Shown: piece after piece, positions 55,512 through 64,000 of the stretch
Layout: each line of letters starts with the position of its first letter
How positions within the stretch are numbered: the first letter of the stretch is position 1
Source of the DNA: Macrostomum lignano
Taxonomy: Eukaryota
Assembly: GCA_002269645.1 (NCBI GenBank)
Contig: NIVC01003261.1
Location: forward strand, 44,651-108,650
Direction of reading: 5' to 3'
Length of the DNA: 64,000 nucleotides
Notes under the pieces: generated by a model
What the model was told of the DNA's origin: nothing
The model's database searches: none
What the model saw: the letters and a program-made list of their open reading frames with translations, nothing else
Position numbers and translations under genes: made by a program

Positions 55512-55847
55512 ATGAGCAGCCTACGGGTCTGCCTGATGTGTCTGATTGCCGCCGCCACCGCCGAGTCGACCCCAAGTGCCGGCGACATACAGGTGAGACA
55601 GACATCCCGAAAGATTCACTTTACTTGCATACATGCAAACGCACGTGGAGCTCTGTCTATACAATATCCAACGCTTAATTCTCAGCCTACAGCCGGGCAC
55701 GGCAGCCCGAGAGACCAGCTAGTCGTCGAAGTCCGCCAGCGCACCGCTTTCGTCATGAAGAAATGGCGCGAGATGACGAAGAGATTCCGGGAGCGGTACT
55801 GTTGGAGCATCTACCATCCGCTGGCGTGCTTCGGACTGCACCGCTAG
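55512..55847 (+). CDS. Small secreted peptide precursor, 80 aa; exons 55512-55592 and 55686-55847
   Basis: Signal-peptide-like MSSLRVCLMCLIAAATA. Canonical 93-bp intron CAG|gtgaga...tctcag|CCT in phase 0. C-terminus KKWREMTKRFRERYCWSIYHPLACFGLHR*. Confidence 0.66.
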   Translation: MSSLRVCLMCLIAAATAESTPSAGDIQVRQTSRKIHFTCIHANARGALSIQYPTLNSQPTAGHGSPRDQLVVEVRQRTAFVMKKWREMTKRFRERYCWSIYHPLACFGLHR

Positions 55848-56242
55848 CAGCCGACAAGAAAAATCTGACAATAATTGCTGACTAATTTTGTGTTGTTGAG
55901 CTAGAACCACTTTCATAGTGATTGGTACTGTGTGACTAGGAGCTGCAGGCTTTAAGTGTAACAAAAATTGTCTTAAAGTTGAACAACTACTATTATCAAT
56001 TGTCATCACAGCACAGAAGAACTTTTTCCAGAAAAAATACAAATCCACATGCTTTACTGTCCATGCACAGAAACTTTCGCTTTTGTCAACAACAATTCTC
56101 GATAGCTTTAATTTTATTTCTTGCCACGGAAAATCAGCACATAAGCCTGCTTTACGTATTATATTAATAATAATAAAGGTAATGATAGTTGTGGGAGGGC
56201 ATTGGACACCCTGGCGCCAATACTGTACGCAGGCTCCCACAG

Positions 56243-56320
56243 GATGTACAGCAGCCCTGACTTTCTAATCGTCAAGCATGTACACTCTCTGTGCCTTGGG
56301 GTTGGCCCTCGTAAGTGTAC
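56243..56320 (-). mobile_element. 3' fragment of the SINE family (a second such fragment at ~43546-43620, - strand)
   Basis: Reverse complement AGGGCCAACCCCAAGGCACAGAGAGTGTACATGCTTGACGATTAGAAAGTCAGGGCTGCTGTACA matches the SINE 3' half at 62640-62710 and 44716-44770. Confidence 0.6.
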
Positions 56321-56515
56321 CCTTTAAAGCAGCCTTCCCATCACAGTCTCCACCAGTAACACCACACTTCTCTGTCATCGATTGAGAATCCCGTCGATCG
56401 CATCAGAACAGCGCTGTCTTGAAGGACCGTGGAACAATCACTTCGCCAGACCTCGTCCTTCAAATGATCCCTGCTAGCGTAAACTCGTCCCTCATGTGGC
56501 TCTTGGGCTCTTGGG

Positions 56516-57410
56516 CCCAGATCCCGATCCCAGATCCCGATCCCAGATCCCGATCCCAGATCCCGATCCCAGATCCCGATCCCAGATCCCGATCCCAGAT
56601 CCCGATCCCAGATCCCGATCCCAGATCCCGATCCCAGATCCCGATCCCAGATCCCGATCCCAGATCCCGATCCCAGATCCCGATCCCAGATCCCGATCCC
56701 AGATCCCGATCCCAGATCCCGATCCCAGATCCCGATCCCAGATCCCGATCCCAGATCCCGATCCCAGATCCCGATCCCAGATCCCGATCCCAGATCCCGA
56801 TCCCAGATCCCGATCCCAGATCCCGATCCCAGATCCCGATCCCAGATCCCGATCCCAGATCCCGATCCCAGATCCCGATCCCAGATCCCGATCCCAGATC
56901 CCGATCCCAGATCCCGATCCCAGATCCCGATCCCAGATCCCGATCCCAGATCCCGATCCCAGATCCCGATCCCAGATCCCGATCCCAGATCCCGATCCCA
57001 GATCCCGATCCCAGATCCCGATCCCAGATCCCGATCCCAGATCCCGATCCCAGATCCCGATCCCAGATCCCGATCCCAGATCCCGATCCCAGATCCCGAT
57101 CCCAGATCCCGATCCCAGATCCCGATCCCAGATCCCGATCCCAGATCCCGATCCCAGATCCCGATCCCAGATCCCGATCCCAGATCCCGATCCCAGATCC
57201 CGATCCCAGATCCCGATCCCAGATCCCGATCCCAGATCCCGATCCCAGATCCCGATCCCAGATCCCGATCCCAGATCCCGATCCCAGATCCCGATCCCAG
57301 ATCCCGATCCCAGATCCCGATCCCAGATCCCGATCCCAGATCCCGATCCCAGATCCCGATCCCAGATCCCGATCCCAGATCCCGATCCCAGATCCCGATC
57401 CCAGATCCCA
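56516..57410. repeat. Perfect 13-bp repeat (GATCCCAGATCCC)n
   Basis: About 69 identical units. Explains the ORFs at 56341-57458. Confidence 0.99.
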
Positions 57411-57617
57411 GCTTCGCCTCGGTCAATAAACAAGTCAATCAAGCATTTATTGCCCTAGCACTGGTATAAATGGGGAATATATACCATTTATCAGATTTAC
57501 CAGCTTTAAAAATGAAACCAAACTAGCAGTTGCACGCTGCCAGAAGACCATAAACAAAAAAAAGAACAAAATGAAATAGGCAGTGTGTTTGAGCATCTCT
57601 GCACATTTGGTGTCTAG

Positions 57618-59518
57618 ATCGGCAACCCACGGCCAGACGGCACAATGGAAAAATTCAATCTAGAATGCTTAGAACGGGTGAACGAAATCCGGCGCATGTT
57701 CTGCGCACCGCCTTTGAAGCTGCGCCTGAGCCTCATCATCCGGCCGGAGCACGTGGCGAGCAGCTACAGCGGGGCGCAGGACTGGGCGGACAACCTGGCC
57801 GCGCTGGACGCCATGCAGTCCGACCTGGAGGCTACCAAGTTCGGCATTGGCGAGTGCATCTGCCGCCTGTTCTCCGAGAAGTTCATATCGTTTAGCGGTA
57901 ATGAAATAATAAATAAATCGGTAGCAGTAGGATTGCAAAGCCATATCTCTGCCCGTCAAACTACCAAAGGGAGGGAATTCCCCTGACCATTTTTTTCTGC
58001 GCCGGAACTTGAGAACCAGCGCTAACATTTTGTTGCGCACCTTCTCAAACAAGAATCAAGTCGCCAGCCCTTTACACCGTCGAGATATTCAATGATTACG
58101 CCAGAAGGTCAGATTTTTCCCATAAGCGCCAGTGTATTCAGTACACCCCTGCGCACCAATCAGCACTGCGCCTCTGTGCAGCCTTGCCAAGCCTCCAAAT
58201 TTCATCAGCACGTCGAACACGTGTATCTGCATCAGCTCTGACTTCGTTAGTCACTGGCCTTCACTCAGGCGCAGCTTCTGGACCTTCAACAAGAGGCACC
58301 AGGTGACTATGGACACCCTGTTGCGAATTTCTCTAGTTTCGCTGATCAAACCTTGACAGTGGACAGGCCTCAACTGCCGGACATCTTTCCAGACACCGTT
58401 GAAGGACCTCCCCCTGGTTGCTATCTGCCAGACGAAAAGTATAAGTGACTTGTTTTCTGAAAAAATTCAAGCTTAACACACCAGAATTTTTTATATTTGG
58501 ACACTGTCATGCATAGGGCATATACATAACCAAATTTAAAACATATTTTGTCGTAGCATCAATAATTTAGTTTATGTTGGCAGTAAAATTATTAAGCATT
58601 TTTTATACTGTTTACTGTTGCAGGCTCCGCAGTAATTGACACTTGGTTCGACGAAGCGCTCGAGTTTAAAGGAAGCCAGTGGGCTGAAAAATCTTGCCGT
58701 CCAGGTGAGCCGTCGTTTGCTTATAGTTTGGCTTTTAATCAATCACTGCATCTTTTTAAAAAGATAGAAGTGGGAAACGTGGGTTCTGATTAGTTGCAGT
58801 GAGGATCTGAGTGAGTACAGTGACTATCTGAGTGAGAACAGTGACGATCTGAGTGAGAACAGTGACGATCTGAGTGAGAACAGTGACGATCTGAGTGAGA
58901 ACAGTGACGATCTGAGTGAGAACAGTGAGGATCTGAGTGAGAACAGTGAGGATCTGAGTGAGAACAGTGAGGATCTGAGTGAGAACAGTGAGGATCTGAG
59001 TGAGAACAGTGACGATCTGAGTGAGAACAGTGAGGATCTGAGTGAGAACAGTGAGGATCTGAGTGAGAACAGTGGGATCTGAGTGAGAAAAGTGAGGATC
59101 TGAGTGAGAACAGTGAGGATCTGATTGAGAACTAGCTAAGTTTCTGCCAATGGACACGGTAAATACTTCAACTGAAGGCCTCAGCATCACTAAAATATCT
59201 TCCTACAGTGAACTTCCTGCAGCTGGTGTGGCCGCAGACGCGCTACTGCGGGTTCGGGTTCTCGGTGTCGAACGCATCGTCCGCGGTGTACACGGTCGGG
59301 CGCTTCAAACCGATGCTCCCAATTAAAAACGAAGTCCTCGTCGCCCAATTTAATCAGCACGTGCAGAAAGTTGAGGCGCATCATTCAATGACAATAAAAA
59401 CTCTACTCAGCGACAAGATCCCGCCAGATGTGTCCTATGTGAAACGAAATCTTAATTGTGAGTTTGACAATTTGTTTATTTGTGTGTTTTTTCAGTCCAA
59501 GAAATTTTTTTGAGTTGA
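57618..59518 (+). CDS. CAP/SCP (GAPR-1/GLIPR2-like) domain protein, degenerate; exons 57618-57897, 58624-58704, 59209-59457, 59496-59518 (5' end uncertain)
   Basis: FNLECLERVNEIRRMFCAPPL...AQDWADNLA...GIGECI, then AVIDTWFDEALEF, then NFLQLVWPQTRYCGFG...YTVGRFKP: the CAP motif order. GT-AG phases 1, 1, 1 are consistent. Confidence 0.76.
58797..59125. repeat. 21-bp intronic repeat (GATCTGAGTGAGAACAGTGAG)n
   Basis: About 15 units. Confidence 0.96.
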
Positions 59519-59615
59519 GAGCGATGGAAAAAAAGAAACAAACGGCGAACCGGGTTATCATGACAATATGGTTGGACACTATCGGCTGAATAGCACCTCT
59601 GTGCTCATAACAAGC

Positions 59616-59745
59616 GGACAAAGCAGCTCTCAGCGGTAAACGCGCCTGACTCTCGCGCCACCACGACCCCTCTTTTGATTCCGAGCAAGGCCCCATTCGT
59701 TTGGGGCTTGTGTGCACGAAAATTGGCCAAGGGGGTGTCGTGTAG
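59616..59745 (+). mobile_element. tRNA-derived SINE copy (5' part)
   Basis: GCAGCTCTCAGCGGTAAACGCGCCTGAC...TTGATTCCGAGC...CATTCGTTTGGGGCTTGTGTGCACGAAAATTGG. Confidence 0.66.
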
Positions 59746-60025
59746 AAACAATCTGAATGTAGAAACCAGCGGTAACTCGCTGTTCAACGATTGCTTTGTC
59801 ATTTCAAATTTGCTTGAGATCAAATGTGTTTAAATAAAAACGAAGGTGTTGCTTATAATCAAGTGCTTTAAGAAAACAAACACGGTTCGACACCGACAAA
59901 AATACAAGCATTACGAGTGTATACGGCACAGAAAATAATCAATTCGTACGAGCAACGAAAAAAAGTGCTTGCTAGCTGAAATGAGTTTGTATCTGTGGTT
60001 AGGCGGACTCAAGATCCACAGCGCG

Positions 60026-61830
60026 TTACTGTTGCGACGCTGGTTTCACAACGATGACGCCAGGTTGTTGTTGTTGCCGCTGCTGCTGCTGCTGAACGCG
60101 ACGCCGGCCCCTGACTCTCGAAGCTACGAAGAAAATCAGGCCCAGCGCCAGCTCCAGCACCTCGCACAGCGTCAGCACCGAGACGCCAAGGTAGAGTCCG
60201 AGAATTCCGCCGATGTCGCTGAGCAGATCGAAGGCCCCGTACGAAAGCGACTCCTCAGTGACGGTGCTCTTGCCCGACTGGTCGGCTGCGCCCAGCTTGA
60301 TCGAGAGAAAGTTTTTTGTGCCGATACTCGCACCTCGATTGATTATCTGCGTGAGGATGTCGTAGATTCCGCGATTAACCTCGCGTATAAACGTCTGGTT
60401 AAGAACGATCTCATTATTTCGGTAGTAGACGTTCGACTCGAGCCACTTCTGCAGATCTTCAGCTAGCAGGCTGGGGTTCATGCTTGGCCAGGTGTAGAGG
60501 CTTGTCTGAGTCGAATACTGAGATGTATGACATCGCTCTGTGCACAGGGCGGCGGCTTTGACTTGATAAGCTGTAACAGCGACGCGAAGACAGGTAAACT
60601 GGCTTATGATGTAGTAGAGGGTCCTCTGGATATCCATGCTGATACTTCCGCTGGCAGCAGCCGTAACCATCTGATAGAGAAAGCTAACACCAGAGGACAC
60701 ATTTAGAGTCTGTGTGGAGTTTTCATTCAGTGTAATGTATGCCTGGGTTATATTGAGACATAAGGGTACTCCACCGGCCTTTAAACTGTTAGGCACTGGA
60801 TAGTCGTCAGACAGACAGCCGCACTGCTTGTAGATCAAGTTCTGCAGCTCATTGAAGAAGCAGTCTGTGTTCGTGTAGGAATATGCAACACTTTGGTCCG
60901 ACCCAGAGGCTGTTCGCTGCCAGTAGTTTATGAAGTCCGCTGGATAAGAGGAGAGACACTCCGCCGTTGCTGCTCATGCGGAAGAAGGCGTCGGATGCAA
61001 ATTTCAATTTGGGAAGTAAGCGCAAAGAATTTAATTGGCTCGAATCCGTGTAGTAGTAGAGTTCGAGACCAAATAAATTCACTTCTCCCTTGGATAAATC
61101 GTTCTTATCCTGGACGCTTGTAAGATTGAGTGCGATGCAGTACGAATTGTTGTGCATTTGTACAACGGAAAAGTTGGAGATGTCGCAGGCATAAGGACCG
61201 AACCGACAGCGGATGAGCAGCTTCTCAGGGTGCAGACTGTACTGGGCGAAACTCCCGATGCCGTCGCTGTCGCGAAACATCAACGGAGCTAGATTATTCC
61301 TCAATTCTTCGTTTCGCATGAGGTACGTTGACGATGTTAGCCAACTCTTCGGAATTTTGTTTTTCTAAGTTGTCTCTTCCCGTCTGGTCCACCAGATTGG
61401 AAAGGCCTCTTAGCTTTTTGAAGAAGTTCATGGAGCTTGTTGACCACGACCAAGTTTGCTCGCCTTCGTTCGCACCGGCCGGTCTGATTGGTCCACTGGT
61501 GATCCTGTCAACCTTCTGAGCCATGGCGCTGACAGATAGGAACTTCTTGTTGCACACTGACTCCGGATAGACAAAGTCGACGCCGCGAAGAGTGACTGAG
61601 GTGGACACCGGCTCTTTCATGTACTTACTCACCATGGTGCTCATGTGGTCACAATGCCGATAATGAGCACCAGCCACAGAGCTTGGACATACCAGAGCGG
61701 CGGGATGAGCTTGCCAAATTCCGTGAGCAGATGTATTGCCAGCGAATGCTATCAGAGTGTTTCGGACACGCTTTTCATCCGCCTTATCCTGCAATTCATG
61801 ACCTGCCTCTTCGCTGTCCGCAACTTGCAT
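60026..61830 (-). pseudogene. DEG/ENaC (ASIC/FaNaC-superfamily) sodium channel, intronless, disrupted by frameshifts and deletion
   Basis: N-terminal TSAHG motif. TM1 (LWYVQALWLVLIIGIV) lies in a shifted frame at ~61716-61645. P...CN after TM1, CRF...C...NF, Cys-rich thumb (DC...QNLIYKQCGC; C...C) and TM2 LLSDIGGILGLYLGVSVLTLCEVLE. Further frame changes at ~61320 and ~60960 have no GT-AG signals. Confidence 0.8.
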
Positions 61831-62504
61831 GCTGGCTTGATGGAGCTAAGTGACTAAAGAATTTGTGGTCGAATCTCGAAACGTTTTGAGCGTCGAACGG
61901 GAAAATGGATTATACAGTGTTTGAGTCCCGTTCTGAGTTGTTTTTGCAGTCTTATTTGTCTCTCAGCTTCTGGTGAGCGAGTTGCGCAGACGCTTGATAG
62001 CGACAATTTCTGTATTTGCAAGCCTCTCATTTCTATGGATCTACTTTTTCTGTTGTAGACACTTATTAAGAAAGTGTATGCCAGTAACTTTAATTCGCAT
62101 TCATCATAACAGCTACTTTACTCTATTAAGTGCTAATCTATAGTCCAGCTGGCTCATACAAGCAATTTGCATGGTCAATATTGCATTGAAGCTTCTTACA
62201 TGCTTAGTTGAAGAGCTGCCACGCCAAGTGTCCAGACAGCGAAGCCAGTTGGCTCACAATCAATACTTTATACAAAAATCGTTGTAATAAACGTATGTAG
62301 CTACACATCTAGTGCATTTTATTTCGTACGGAATTGATTGGATTGACTGTCCAATTTTAGTAAACGCACTGTAAAGACGCTCTTAGTAGTATCAAACGTT
62401 AGAAGTTTCAAAACTTTGCCCGAAACTTTGACAATACACAAATTGGTCTCAAAGAAAGGAGACGACGTGGTCGCTTGATTTCTAGTAGCTTTGATTGTTT
62501 GATT

Positions 62505-62712
62505 GGGAGCGGAGCAACGTAGCGGTACACGCGTCTGACTCTCAAGACACGCCCCTCGTTCTACTCCGTGCGCGGCCACATTCATTTTGGGCTTTTGTGC
62601 TCTAAAATTGACCGGAAAGTCGTCGTGCGACTCACATTCATAAGGGCAAACTCCCAGGGCAGAGAGTGTACATGCCTGAAGACTAGAAATCCAGGGCCGC
62701 CTGTATACCCTA
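62505..62712 (+). mobile_element. tRNA-derived SINE copy (near full length, diverged)
   Basis: GCGGTACACGCGTCTGACTC...GTTCTACTCCGTGC...CATTCATTTTGGGCTTTTGTGCTCTAAAATTG...CGTGCGACTCAC...GAGAGTGTACATGCCTGAAGACTAGAAATCCAGGGCCGCCTGTATAC. Confidence 0.64.
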
Positions 62713-64000
62713 GCCTGTGTAAGCATGCGTATGAGTGCGCGCCTGCATACAGCATTCGCGCGCTTGTATGTGTTCAGGAGTCAGCGGAATGGACAGAACT
62801 GCTTTAGCGATGGTTGTGGGCCATTGGGTGATGATGCCGACGACCCTCATGCGAATATTATTGATTATTTTCAGTTAGCGAGCTTGATTTCCTATCAATA
62901 TCCTGTCAAGCTGCAACGTAAAGCCACCTCTTTCTCTTCAGGCAACATTCCGGTGGGGCCGAGCGGTCGTCAAGACCACCTGCAAGCCTTGAATGTGCAC
63001 TACAGGCTGTCTCACCTGATCCGGCAGACTCGAGTGTCCAACAAAGTTGAAAGCCACCGCGTCGGCTTAGTCTATGTCAACGATCAGAGTGAGAAACTTA
63101 ACGACGTTATAATCGTCATGCAGAAAGATGAAGAGTGACGCTGGGAACTAACGAAGTCAAACGGACAAAGTTACAATGCTTTCAACTGCTTGTCTCTTAA
63201 CTCTTGAAATTTATCATGTACGAGAGTGACAATGCATTCGGGTAGTTTGAAAAATTTATGCATTGTTTTTATTACTTACTTTCTGCATAAAAAATAAATT
63301 ACAGCTGTGTGGCTTTTGTTAAAAAATTTGAACTGCTCCAATGAAGCAGTGTCTGAAGTTATTTGTATCTGAGAGTGGTATACATGATTGAATTCGGTGG
63401 TCAAAATATTTTTGAAAAGACGAAAAGTAAACAAGATGATTACATGAAAAAACAGAATGATTAGCTTGTGTAATTTGCAGTGGAAAAAATTAAAAAGGAA
63501 CAGGAAGAGTACGTTGCTATACATTTCTTTGGATATAAGCTCGTACTGTGCATGGACTTTGCATCAATGACACGTGAAGTTCGTTTCTTTACAAAAAATA
63601 TTGCATGGCATCTCAAGTTTTTGTTATTTTACCATAGGCCTTTTTTACGATAGTAAACGTATATATTTGCGTTATGTAGTTTAGTTTAGTGCAGTGTAGT
63701 GCAGAAGTGTGTAGTGCCTTTAGCTAAACAAAAACTCATTGAAAGGTATTAGAATACATACACAATTGTAGAGAAGCAAGATGCTAGCTATTATAATATT
63801 GCATCATTGTTTAGTTTAAGGGTAAAATACGAGCTATTTATTGAGATATAATGAAAATTATCAGTATTGTATCGCAACAGTAGCTAGGATATATATAGTA
63901 CTTTATATACAGAGAGTAGCAGATTAATCATATATTTATTTAAAGAATTCACAAAACTTTCCGTCATAATGGGATGGACATCAAAATCTCAGTAGAAAAA

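Noticed and set aside
58150-58420. GC-richer segment with splice-like signals inside CAP intron 1 (possible alternative exon)
   Set aside because: The phase does not fit the flanking phase-1 junctions, and the flanking exons already join into a continuous CAP domain.
55512-61830. Functional 'peptide + CAP + peptide-gated channel' gene cluster
   Set aside because: Adjacency alone is weak evidence in an animal genome, the channel appears pseudogenised, and nothing in the sequence shows co-regulation.

Overview
Eukaryotic (animal) genomic DNA, not a prokaryotic island. It has GT-AG spliced genes, GC-rich exons with poly-Ala/Gln/Gly tracts, and roughly 35 distinct tandem-repeat arrays. The style resembles a free-living flatworm such as Macrostomum, but that is an inference. 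Most long ORFs in the supplied track are repeat artefacts. Genes supported by manual translation and splice-phase checks: an intronless PPP1R3-type glycogen-targeting PP1 subunit (+); a 4-exon zf-3CxxC/RTP-like gene (-); the 3' half of a cAMP-receptor/GPR157-like GPCR (+); a 2-exon ANKRD63-like ankyrin gene (-); an orphan beta-propeller-like gene (+); an intronless secreted GH3 beta-xylosidase-like gene (+); a 5-exon claudin/PMP22-superfamily tetraspan (+); a 2-exon 80-aa secreted peptide with a TATA box (+); a degenerate CAP/SCP-domain gene (+); and a frameshifted, internally deleted DEG/ENaC channel (-). Mobile DNA: three non-autonomous hAT-like elements with CAAGGAC termini and 8-bp TSDs (62, 907 and 347 bp), a tRNA-derived SINE family with about 6 full or partial copies (one fused to an RNase H-bearing LINE fragment), and a second LINE 3' remnant. 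The best leads are the small disulfide-loop secreted peptide, the hAT-like MITE family, the minisatellite built from a splice junction, and the SINE-LINE chimera. No database search was run; family assignments rest on recognised motifs.
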